Shown: one piece after another, positions 37,700-50,100 of the stretch
Layout of the letters: each line of letters begins with the position of its first letter
Numbering within the stretch: position 1 is the stretch's first letter
Assembly: GCA_964016885.1 (NCBI GenBank)
Contig: OZ024742.1
Location: forward strand, 40,858,001 to 40,922,000
DNA from: Eledone cirrhosa
Taxonomy: Eukaryota
Direction: 5' to 3'
DNA length: 64,000 nt
Notes under the pieces: generated by a model
Seen by the model: the letters and a program-made list of their open reading frames with translations, nothing else
Databases searched by the model: none
Told to the model about the DNA's origin: nothing
Program-made: the position numbers and the translations under genes

Positions 37700-38300
37700 A
37701 AGATGCCATCCGAACAATGAAGGAGGCTTACAAAGTTTGGTTTGGAAATAAGTCATCCTTCTTTTACTCGAGATAGAAGCAGATGAGAAACGTTGCAACA
37801 GAGACAGTAATGGCATCCAAGGTTAAGTCATGGGAGAACTTTGGATGAAGCAGGAATCCGACTTCAGATCAGCAAATAAAGTATTCTGGCACACCATTCG
37901 CTGGCTTCGTAATAAAACGTCAACCTCTACGCCTGCCATCAGGAACTCGTCTGGAGCTCTTCTCCCTGAAGAGAGGTGTTCCTCGCGAAGTGGAGAGAAT
38001 ACTTTGCTGATCTGTTGTATTTGGTTACAACATCTGATGTACATGAGGTGCATCTAGTGGCGAATACTAACCTCTCAGAGATTGAATTTACCAGAGTAAT
38101 TAAAGCATTTGTGTCAAACCTTCAGGGTGAAGTTCGGTTCAAGATGTTAACAGCCTTAAATAGAGAAGGTATATTCTGGCTGACTCTTGTGCGCCAAGTA
38201 GCCTGGATCTCTGAAAAGCACCAAAATAATTCAGGAGTAATAATCCCAATTTTCAAAAATGAAGACGAGAGAGATTGCTCCAATTATAAAAGAATTTATA
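37700..38300 (+). pseudogene. RTE-clade LINE fragment (region preceding and entering RT)
   Basis: ESDFRSANKVFWHTIRWLR..WREYFADLL..LNREGIFWLT..GVIIPIFK..DCSNY, with frameshifts. Confidence 0.8.
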
Positions 38301-38539
38301 ATTTCGAGTCTATTTTCACCAGCCACCTTAACGATATCAAGGTTGTAAAGAAAAGGAAATTTTCATCGTCCTTTGCACAGTTGTTCATCCTCTGAATCTT
38401 AAGAATGTTTTACAGACTTTGAAGGTTCCCGATATCGTAACCATTTGTAGCTTATGAATTAAAGAGCTACATTATTTCTCCAAAAATCCAAATTCAAGCT
38501 TACTTTTACCTAAGCGGGCTGGTATATATCATGTAGTTC

Positions 38540-38922
38540 CAATAATAGTTTTTACTTTTGGCACAAGGCCAGCAATTACCCCAGTGCATTACTGGTACTT
38601 TATTTTATCGACCCCGTAAGGATGAAAGGCAAAGTTAACTTCGGCTGAATTTGAACTCAGACCGTAAAGGGGTATAACTCTATGCTTCAAAGCATGGCGT
38701 CCGACCCTCTACCGATACTACCAATCCACCAATAATAATTGTTTCTACTTTTGCCACAAGGCCAGCAATTATTCCAGTACATTACTGGTACTTTATTTTA
38801 TCGACCCCGTAAAGATGAAAGGCAAAGTTAACCTCGGCAGGATTTGAACTCAGATCATAAAGGGACGTAACTCTAAGCTGCAAAGCATGGTGTCCGACCC
38901 GCTACCGATACTACCAATCCAC
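38540..38922 (-). mobile_element. Tandem pair of SINE family A copies
   Basis: Two head-to-tail ~190-bp copies. Other diverged or partial copies at 32153-32266, 36710-36865, 39965-40130 and 41575-41725. Confidence 0.85.
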
Positions 38923-39489
38923 CAATAATAATGTACTATTGGTAGTGAATCGGTAAACTCCTCGTCAATGGTTCCGTAGATGTCTTCCTTCTCTTGTATC
39001 TTGCGTACTACATTGACATATATGTATGTATATATATATATATATGTGTATGTATACATGTATGTATGTATGTATTTATGTATGTATATATGTATGTATG
39101 TATGTATGTATATATGTATGTATGTCTGTATATGTATGTATCTATGTGTGTGTATGTATGTATTTATGTATGTGTGTGTATGTATGTATGTATATATGTA
39201 TGTATGTGTATGTATGTATGTATATATGTATGTATGTGTGTATGTATGTATGTGTATGTATATATGTATGTATATATGCATGTATGCATACATACTTGAA
39301 TTTATGTATACATGTATATATAAATAGATATATGTATGTATACAGATGTGTGTGTGTGTACATGCATGTATATAGATCTGTGTATATATGTATTCATGTA
39401 TGTATATCTGAATACATGAGTGTATTTAGACCAGAAGCAAACCAAACAAGTAAACATCAATAAGTGTTTGTCTTGTTTGTTTATCAATT

Positions 39490-39620
39490 GCTGTTGTTGT
39501 TGTTGTGTTGGTGGTGGTGGTGGTGGTGGTGGCGGTGGTGGTGGTGGCGGTGGTGGTGGTGGTGGTGGTGGTGGCGCTGGCGGCGGCGACGGCGACAGCG
39601 GCGATGGTGGTGGTGGTGTT
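39490..39620. repeat. (GGT/GGC)n microsatellite
   Basis: Direct reading. Confidence 0.9.
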
Positions 39621-40161
39621 TGCTTCGGGTGGAGGGTTTTTCTGTCTTTTCCCTTTGTGCTTCGAACATTTCATAATTAAGCTTTGAATGTAATCAATTT
39701 TTGAACAAAAGCGATTTCAATATTTTAAAGCTAGTCTCTGGAAACGATGCAGGTTGGCCAATAATTAATCTTTTCATTTCATTGCTGGAACACAACGGCT
39801 TTTGTTCCTCTAGAATACCAAAACCCACTTAATAGTTACCTACGGACTTTAATACTACTTTAAGTAGCTTTTTGAGAAAGCTGTTTGAGGCGACTGTTGA
39901 ATAATAATGATCATTTTATTTCGTGATTCTCTAATGAATTTTATAAATGCTCAACACTTAACAACAGTGAATTGGCACAGTAGTAAGAACGCCGGATAAA
40001 ACGCTTTGCGATATTTGCATCGGCTCGTTGCACTTAGAATTCAAAACCTACCGAGGGCAACTTTGCTTTAGCTTTACATCCTTTCGAAGTGGATTAATAA
40101 AGTATAAAGTACCAGTTCAATACTGATGTCGATTCTTCCTCTTTCTCTCTTTCTCTCTCAC

Positions 40162-40244
<83 letters not shown>

Positions 40245-40252
<8 letters not shown>

Positions 40253-40433
40253 AGGCTTCTACAGGACTAGAACTGTTTCATTCGGACTCAATCATCAGAG
40301 GCTTCCTGATGATTTCTACCGAATGAAACAGTTCTAGTCCTGTAGAAGCCTTTCTATATTAAATATTTATACTCTGCTTTGTATTGAGTACCTTACTTAC
40401 TATGGTTACCCCCGATTGAACCCGGGATAAACT

Positions 40434-40440
<7 letters not shown>
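40245..40440. mobile_element. Fold-back PLE terminus in (TA)n with two opposed hammerhead cores
   Basis: ~40245-40286 and ~40319-40359 are reverse complements; the centre is TCATCAG-aggcttc-CTGATGA. Confidence 0.75.
40299..40351 (+). ncRNA. Type-I hammerhead ribozyme
   Basis: AGGCTTC-CTGATGA-tttctaccgaat-GAAA-CAG-ttctagtc-CTG-TA-GAAGCCT: 7-bp stem I, 4-bp stem III, weak stem II. Confidence 0.75.
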
Positions 40441-40469
<29 letters not shown>

Positions 40470-40572
40470 AGTATGCGTGTGTGTGTATTATGTGTGTGTG
40501 TCTGTGAGTGTATGTGTGTGTGTGTGCGCGTATGTGCCTGTGTGTGTGTGTGTGTGTGTGTGTGCGTATGTG

Positions 40573-40666
<94 letters not shown>

Positions 40667-40934
40667 GAAAAATCGGCTGTGTTCTGATCTGAGGAGGGAT
40701 GGGCCACGTCAAGACTAAATGCCCAAGACACGCTATGTATTATAACGGGGACTCTGACTCTATCAGAAATTAATACATGCAAAGTTTAACACTAAATGGC
40801 TGCAAGCATATTTGTGTGGTTAAGAAGTTCGCTTAGCAACTACGTAGTTTCCGGTTAAACGCCACTGCGCAATATCTTCAACAAGTGATGTTTACGATGG
40901 TCTCGTGTCGGTATACATTTATGCATTTCTTCTC

Positions 40935-41100
40935 TGCTTTAATTCCTTTTTCCCTCTGTGGAGCATTGAGTGACGAGAGATCTCCATCACGCTCGCAAAC
41001 TCTGCCTCGTGCTTCTCCCCAGGTCAAGCCAGGCCTATATCTGGCAGGTTTCCTCCACAGACTTCAGCCAGATATTGATAGATCTGCATTGCATCCTTCC
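40935..41100 (-). mobile_element. Decayed RTE-like LINE 3' end
   Basis: Minus translation fragments IWLKSVEET.., GLTWGEA.. and WRSLV..CSTEG resemble RTE C-termini. Confidence 0.45.
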
Positions 41101-41863
41101 CCCATTTTTGGAAAATAACAAAAGCTCTTACATAAAATTATGACGGAAACATAAACAATTGAAAATAAAAGTATTTTGTATAGTAGAATCGTGAGCGGTT
41201 TCAGGCGGTTTGGTATCAAAAGTGTTAATAGATGGAACCAACTCTGTAAAGGCTCAAAGCAAACCTTTATTATTCTTGGGTGATATAATTTATCCATCGC
41301 CCGGTTTAATACCATCTTCTGGTCCTTGGTGTGCCTTTAGCAGATTACACTCTGTTGGAAGTATCACGGACAGCTCTCTGGATGGAAATAGATTTCACCC
41401 TTATAGCACCTGTATAAATAAAAAAAAAAGTCGAGGATCATTAACCCTTGATGGAGTCGTAGGAGAGTCGTTGTGATGCATAGCGTGCCTTGCTCATTTT
41501 GAACTTGGCAGTGCACTTCCCTCTCCAGGTCGGAACTTCCATTAAAAAAAAGTCATAAATAGTGACAGAGGAAGAATCGATCAAATTAATGAACTAGTAT
41601 TTTATTTATGGACCTTGAAGGATGAAAGGCAAACTTGATCTCGGCGGAATTTGAACGCGGTGAGTTGGAATAAGTACCAAAGTACTATCAATCAGACGCC
41701 CTAACAATTCTGCTAACCTGGCTACCTTAATTAACGCTCAATATTTTTAGTTGTTTTATATTCAGGCAGCGAATTGGCAATCTTTAAAATGTTGGATACA
41801 ACACTTCCCGATATTCGTTCTGGCTGACTGCACTCTCATAAGTACCTGCCCAGTACTGGAATT

Positions 41864-41955
<92 letters not shown>

Positions 41956-42974
41956 CTCTCTTACTCTATTTCACTCAGCTGGAAAAGTTTGAGGACTCTG
42001 TCTCCTCTCAGGAAGAAGGAGACGAAGAAGAAGAAGAAGAAGAAGAAGAAGAAGAAGAAGAAGAAGAAGAACTATTAAAATAGAAACAGGAATCAATACA
42101 AAACACACTATACTGCAAATAAGTAAATACAAAATAAAAATAATATTGCTTTTGATCGACTTTTTCTTGCAGAAATAGAAAAAAACAACACGGGTTAAAC
42201 AGTCTAAATTTAGGTCTGAAACTCAAGGAAAGATTAAATTTTATAAGAAAACAATTCTTCTAAAGAATTGGTCTGAGCTAGTCATGAGTGCACTAGTAAA
42301 TATACACAATAATTTTGGTTTGTTCATTTCTATCGTTCATTGTTCGCTGATAATATTTCTAGCGCAAATATATAAAGTTTACTTTTTATTACTTGTTTAT
42401 TACTTTTTATAGCAATTGTGTTATTCAATTAAAGAAATAAAAAATAAATATAAACATTATTTCATTCTTTTTTGTCTGTGCTTTCAACAAATGAAGCATC
42501 GACGCCCTAAAAAAAAGTTAAAACTATTAATAAACTCAGAAACTGGCTGAATTATCTTAGGGGTTATACCTTATTTTAGGCTGGTAAAAAAAAAAGGGTG
42601 GAAATAAAATGGGGAAAAATTAAACAAGAAAATCTGCAGTAAACGAAGGTAAAATAAGTAAAACAAATGAAATTAAGGTGCAATGCATATTATTACAAAC
42701 TAGTGGACCGTGCCTTCAATAATGGCGGCAAAACCCTTTGAGCGTATTCAATTTGAGGAGTTCAGGATTGGTATGCCATATATACCAGGATTACTGAAAA
42801 ATCATACAAACATGTATATTTTCCTATAAGCAAATAATCAAATTTTATTCGTGGAAATGAAAATACATAATATACAACAACAACAAAAAATGAAATAGAA
42901 ATAGAAAAGAAAAAATGAAATAGTGAAGGAAAGGGAAAGAGAGAGGAAGCAGCAGACTTTACACTCGAGTCAGG

Positions 42975-43410
42975 CAGTATATTCAGCTGCACCCCGCGGA
43001 CAAAATGGTGTAGGTGTTGCTGTGGAGAACAGTCAGCGAAACCCACTGCATCAACCACTGTACCTCACGAGGCCCCTTCCAAGACGTGCTGAGGAAAACG
43101 ATAGTTCGGGAACCGAGAACGCCCCAGGTTTCGACGACGACCGACAGGAAAAAGGAAGTGGTCGGTCAGGTAGCGGTAGTTAGCTGTTTTCCTCCCTTCT
43201 ATGTTGCAGGCGACATTGTCTAAATCTGTGACCGAAATGACAAGGTCAGCGAAGAACATGGTGTCCCAAATTAGAGATTTACCTCCATCGAACTGGAAGA
43301 GGGTTATATCGTCTGGGCGCTTACCATTACCTCAGTCAAGGCCGGCAGGCTCCAGTTGTGATGAAAAACCAGCTTCATCTGATGAGGTTGTTCAAGGAGG
43401 AATATTAGCT
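42975..43410 (-). pseudogene. Restriction-like (PD-D/ExK) endonuclease domain of a CRE/R2-superfamily non-LTR retrotransposon, decayed
   Basis: Stitched minus translation LNNLIR..AGFSSQLEPAGLD*GNGKRPDDITLFQFDGGKSLIWDT..NIEGRKTANYRYL..F..VETWGVLG..FL..GPREVQWLMQWVS. Confidence 0.75.
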
Positions 43411-43569
43411 TAGTGTAAATTGTGTATGTGTCCATACATATGTACACACATTCAAATGCGCTATATAATTAAATCAGTCGCGCGCACACATGTACACCAG
43501 GTCCGAACACAGAGGAACCAAACTCCCACTGTCATCGCCTCCGTCTCTCCCACTCTTTCATTATTATGA

Positions 43570-43752
43570 GCAGTATCGGTAGAGGGTCGGACGCCATGAT
43601 TTGCAGCGTGTAGTTACGGCCCTTTACTGTCTGAGTTCAAATCCCGCCGAGGTTAACTTTGCCTTTCATCCTTACGGGGTCGATAAAATATAGTACCAGT
43701 AATGCACTGGAATAATTGCTGGCCTTGTGCTAAAAGTAGAAACAATTATTAT
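43570..43752 (+). mobile_element. SINE family A
   Basis: Matches the family consensus. Confidence 0.85.
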
Positions 43753-44130
43753 AAGCAAATGGGAGACCACGTGCTGGCCGCCCCGTGGCCCCGGCGGACA
43801 GTTAAACCCAATTTCGTGTACATAACAGTCGAATAACTGGGACTTATGAGTTACCATTTTTTTACCATACTTTTTGCTAATTGTGTGTAAACGTATAACT
43901 CGTGGGCATTTGTATAAAGGTATAATGTGTGTGTAAAGGTATAATATGTGTACTTGAATATATGTATACATGTTCCAAAATAATGCATATGTATGACTGT
44001 GTATGGGCGTGTGTGCGAGATATTAACCGTAATTCAATATTCAGTAATGTTTTGATAAAACCACAGAGTAACAGCAATACCAAACTGAGTATCGATAAAT
44101 TACGTGGAAATATGATTACATTTAAGATTT

Positions 44131-47100
44131 TCACTTTTGCTTTCTTCAGAACACTTACATTCCTATCCCACCGTCTCTCTCTTTATCTATCTATCTATCA
44201 CTTTTGCTTTCTTCAGAACACTTACATTCCCATCCCCACCGTCTCTCTCTTTATCTATCTATCTATCACTTTTGCTTTCTTCAGAACACTTACATTCCCA
44301 TCCCCACCGTCTCTCTCTTTATCTATCTATCTATCACTTTTGCTTTCTTCAGAACACTTACATAACCATCCCCAGCGTCTCTCTCTTTATCTATCTGTCA
44401 CTTTTGCTTTCTTCAGAACACTTACATTCCCATCCCCACCGTCTCTCTCTTTATCTATCTATCACTTTTGCTTTCTTCAGAACACTTACATTCCCATCCC
44501 CACCGACTCTCTCTTTATCTATCTATCTATCACTTTTGCTTTCTTCAGAACACTTACATTCCCATCCCCACCGTCTCTCTCTTTATCTCTCTGTCACTTT
44601 TGCTTTCTTCAGAACACTTATATTCCCATCCCCACCGTCTCTCTCCTTATCTATCTATCACTTTTGCTTTCTTCAGAACACTTACATTCCCATCCCCACC
44701 GTCTCTTTCTTTATCTATCTATCTATCACTTTTGCTTTCTTCAGAACACTTACATTCCCATCCCCACCGTCTCTCTCTTTATCTATCTGTCACTTTTGCT
44801 TTCTTCAGAACACTTACATTCCCATCCCCACCGTCTCTCTCTTTATCTATCTGTCACTTTTGCTTTCTTCAGAACACTTACATTCCCATCCCCACCGTCT
44901 CTCTCTTTATCTATCTATCACTTTTGCTTTCTTCAGAACACTTACATTCCCATCCCCACCGTCTCTTTCTTTATCTATCTATCTATCACTTTTGCTTTCT
45001 TCAGAACACTTACATTCCCATCCCCAGCGTCTGTCTCTTTATCTATCTATCACTTTTGCTTTCTTCAGAACACTTACATTCCCATCCCCGCCGTCTCTCT
45101 CTTTATCTATCTGTCACTTTTGCTTTCTTCAGAACACTTACATTCCCATCCCCACCGTCTCTCTCTTTATCTATCTATCTATCACTTTTGCTTTCTTCAG
45201 AACACTTACATTCCCATCCCCGGCGTCTCTCTCTTTATCTATCTGTCACTTTTGCTTTCTTCAGAACACTTACATTCCCATCCCTACCGTCTCTCTCTTT
45301 ATCTATCTATCACTTTTGCTTTCTTCAGAACACTTACATTCCCAACCCCACCGTCTCTCTCTTTATCTATCTATCACTTTTGCTTTCTTCAGAACACTTA
45401 CATTCCCATCCCTACCGTCTCTCTCTTTATCTATCTATCACTTTTGCTTTCTTCAGAACACTTACATTCCCATCCCCAGCGTCTCTCTCTTTATCTATCT
45501 ATCACTTTTGCTTTCTTCAGAACACTTACATTCCCATCCCCACCGTCTCTCTCTTTATCTATCTATCTATCACTTTTGCTTTCTTCAGAACACTTACATT
45601 CCCATCCCCACCGTCTCTCTCTTTATCTCTCTGTCACTTTTGCTTTCTTCAGAACACTTATATTCCCATCCCCACCGTCTCTCTCCTTATCTATCTATCA
45701 CTTTTGCTTTCTTCAGAACACTTACATTCCCATCCCCACCGTCTCTTTCTTTATCTATCTATCTATCACTTTTGCTTTCTTCAGAACACTTACATTCCCA
45801 TCCCCACCGTCTCTCTCTTTATCTATCTGTCACTTTTGCTTTCTTCAGAACACTTACATTCCCATCCCCACCGTCTCTCTCTTTATCTATCTGTCACTTT
45901 TGCTTTCTTCAGAACACTTACATTCCCATCCCCACCGTCTCTCTCTTTATCTATCTATCACTTTTGCTTTCTTCAGAACACTTACATTCCCATCCCCACC
46001 GTCTCTTTCTTTATCTATCTATCTATCACTTTTGCTTTCTTCAGAACACTTACATTCCCATCCCCAGCGTCTGTCTCTTTATCTATCTATCACTTTTGCT
46101 TTCTTCAGAACACTTACATTCCCATCCCCGCCGTCTCTCTCTTTATCTATCTGTCACTTTTGCTTTCTTCAGAACACTTACATTCCCATCCCCACCGTCT
46201 CTCTCTTTATCTATCTATCTATCACTTTTGCTTTCTTCAGAACACTTACATTCCCATCCCCGGCGTCTCTCTCTTTATCTATCTGTCACTTTTGCTTTCT
46301 TCAGAACACTTACATTCCCATCCCTACCGTCTCTCTCTTTATCTATCTATCACTTTTGCTTTCTTCAGAACACTTACATTCCCAACCCCACCGTCTCTCT
46401 CTTTATCTATCTATCACTTTTGCTTTCTTCAGAACACTTACATTCCCATCCCTACCGTCTCTCTCTTTATCTATCTATCACTTTTGCTTTCTTCAGAACA
46501 CTTACATTCCCATCCCCAGCGTCTCTCTCTTTATCTATCTATCACTTTTGCTTTCTTCAGAACACTTACATTCCCATCCCCACCGTCTCTCTCTTTATCT
46601 ATCACTTTTGCTTTCTTCAGAACACTTACTTCCCCATCCCCACCGTCTCTCTCTTTATCTATCTATCACTTTTGCTTTCTTCAGAACACTTACATTCCCA
46701 TCCCCACCGTCTCTCTCTTTATCTATCTGTCACTTTTGCTTTCTTCAGAACACTTACATACCCATCCCCACCGTCTCTCTCTTTATCTATCTATCTATCA
46801 CTTTTGCTTTCTTCAGAACACTTACATTCCCATCCCCAGCGTCTCTCTCTTTACCTATCTATCTATCACTTTTGCTTTCTTCAGAACACTTACATTCCCA
46901 TCCCCACCGTCTCTCTCTTTATCTATCTATCACTTTTGCTTTCTTCAGAACACTTACTTTCCCATCCCCACCGTCTCTCTCCTTATCTATCTATCTATCA
47001 CTTTTGCTTTCTTCAGAACACTTACATTCCCATGGCCACCGTCTCTCTCTTTATCTATCTATCACTTTTGCTTTCTTCAGAACACTTACATTCCCATCCC

Positions 47101-50100
47101 CACCGTCTCTCTCTTTATCTATCACTTTTGCTTTCTTCAGAACACTTACTTTCCCATCCCCACCGTCTCTCTCCTTATCTATCTATCTATCACTTTTGCT
47201 TTCTTCAGAACACTTACATTCCCATCCCCACCGTCTCTCTCTTTATCTATCTATCTATCTATCACTTTTGCTTTCTTCAGAACACTTACATTCCCATCCC
47301 CAGCGTCTCTCTCTTTATCTATCACTTTTGCTTTCTTCGGAACACTTACATTCCCATCACCACCGTCTCTCTCTTTATCTATCTATCACTTTTGCTTTCT
47401 TCAGAACACTTACATTCCCATCCCCACCGTCTCTCTCTTTATCTATCTATCACTTTTGCTTTCTTCAGAACACTTACATTCCCATCCCCACCGTCTCTCT
47501 CTTTATCTATCTATCACTTTTGCTTTCTTCAGAACACTTACATTCCCATCCCCACCGTCTCTCTCTTTATCTATGTATCACTTTTGCTTTCTTCAGAACA
47601 CTTACATTCCCATCCCCACCGTCTCTCTCTTTATCTATCTATCACTTTTGCTTTCTTCAGAACACTTACATTCCCATCCCCAGCGTCTCTCTCTTTATCT
47701 ATCTATCACTTTTGCTTTCTTCAGAACACTTACATTCCCATCCCCACCGTCTCTCTCTTGATCTATCTATCACTTTTGCTTTCTTCAGAACACTTACATT
47801 CCCATCCCCACCGTCTCTCTCTTTATCTATATATCTATCACTTTTGCTTTCTTCAGAACACTTACATTGCCATCCCCACCGTCTCTCTCTTTATCTATCT
47901 ATCTATCACTTTTGCTTTCTTCAGAACACTTACATTCCCATCCCCAGGGTCTCTCTCTTTATCTATCTATCACTTTTGCTTTCTTCAGAACACTTACATT
48001 CCCATCCCCACCGTCTCTCTCTTTATCTATCTATCACTTTTGCTTTCTTCAGAACACTTACATTCGCATCCCCACCGTCTCTCTCTTTATCTATCTATCT
48101 ATCAATTTTGCTTTCTTCAGAACACTTACATTCCCATCCCCACCGTCTCTCTCTTTATCTATCTATCACTTTTGCTTTCTTCAGAACAAGTTACATTCCC
48201 ATCCCCACCGTCTCCCTCTTTATCTGTCTATCACTTTTGCTTTCTTCAGAACACTTACATTCCCATCCCCACCGTCTCTCTCTTTATCTATCTATCACTT
48301 TTGCTTTCTTCAGAACACTTACATTCCCATCCCCACCGTCTCTCTCTTTATCTATCTGTCACTTTTGCTTTCTTCAGAACACTTACATTCCCATCCCCAC
48401 CGTCTCTCTCCTCATCTATCTATCACTTTTGCTTTCTTCAGAACACTTACATTCGCATCCCCACCGTCTCTCTCTTTATCTATATATCTATCACTTTTGC
48501 TTTCTTCAGAACACTTACATTCCCATCCCCACCGTCTCTCTCTTTATCTATCTATCACTTTTGCTTTCTTCAGAACACTGACATTCCCAACCCACCGTCT
48601 CTCTCTTTATCTATCTATCACATTTGCTTTCTTCAGAACACTTACATTCCTATCCCCACCGTCTCTCTCCTTATCTATCTATCACTTTTGCTTTCTTCAG
48701 AACACTTACATTCCCATCCCCACCGTCTCTCCCTTTATCTATCTGTCTATCACCTTTGCTTTCTTCAGAACACTTACATTCCCATCCCCAGCGTCTCTCT
48801 CCTTATCTATCTATCACTTTTGCTTTCTTCAGAAGACTTACATTCCCATCCCCAACGTCTCTCTCTTTATCTATCTATCACTTTTGATTTTTTCAGAACA
48901 CTTACATTCCCATCCCCACCGTCTCTCTCTTTATCTATCTATCTATCACTTTTGCTTTCTTCAGAACACTTACATTCCCATACCCACCGTCTCTCTCTTT
49001 ATCTATCTATCACTTTTGCTTTCTTCAGAACACTTACATTCCCATCCCCAGCGTCTCTTTCTTTATCTATCTATCTATCACTTTTGCTTTCTTCAGAACA
49101 CTTACATTCCCATCCCCAGCGTCTCTCTCTTTATCTATCTATCTATCACTTTTGCTTTCTTCAGAACACTTACATTCCCATCCCCACCGTCTCTCTCTTT
49201 ATCTATCTATCACTTTTGCTTTCTTCAGAACACTTACATTCCCATCCCCACCGTCTCTCTCTTTATCTATCACTTTTGCTTTCTTCAGAACACTTACTTT
49301 CCCATCCCCACCGTCTCTCTCCTTATCTATCTATCACTTTTGCTTTCTTCAGAACACTTACATTCCCATCCCCACCGTCTCTCTCTTTATCTATCTATCT
49401 ATCACTTCTGCTTTCTTCCGAACACTTACATTCCCATCCCCAGCGTCTCTCTCCTTATCTATCTATCACTTTTGCTTTCTTCAGAACACTTACATTCCCA
49501 TCCCCAACGTCTCTCTCTTTATCTATCTATCACTTTTGCTTTCTTCAGAACACTTACATTCCCATCCCCACCGTCTCTTTCTTTATCTATCTATGTATCA
49601 CTTTTGCTTTCTTCAGAACACTTGCATTCTCATCCCCACCGTCTCTCTCCTTATCTATCTATAAATTTTGATTTTTTTCAGAACACTTACATTCCCACCC
49701 CCACCGTCTCTCTCTTTATCTATCTATCTATCACTTTTGCTTTCTTCAGAACACTTACATTGCCATACCCACCGTCTCTCTCATTATCTATCTATCACTT
49801 TTGCTTTCTTCAGAACACTTACATTCGCATCCCCACCGTCTCTCTCTTTATCTATCTATCTATCAATTTTGCTTTCTTCAGAACACTGACATTCCCATCC
49901 CCACCGTCTCTCTCTTTATCTATCTATCACTTTTGCTTTCTTCAGAACACTTACATTCCCATACCCACCGTCTCTCTCTTTATCTATCTATCACTTTTGC
50001 TTTCTTCAGAACACTTACATTCCCATCCCCACCGTCTCTCTCCTTATCTATCTATCACTTTTGCTTTCTTCAGAACACTTACATTCCCATCCCCACCGTC

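Noticed and set aside
39420-39687. Poly-Gly/His/Thr ORFs
   Set aside because: A (GGT)n microsatellite without coding context.
42923-43413. Plus-strand GC-richer ORFs as host exons
   Set aside because: Better explained as the antisense of a decayed LINE endonuclease.
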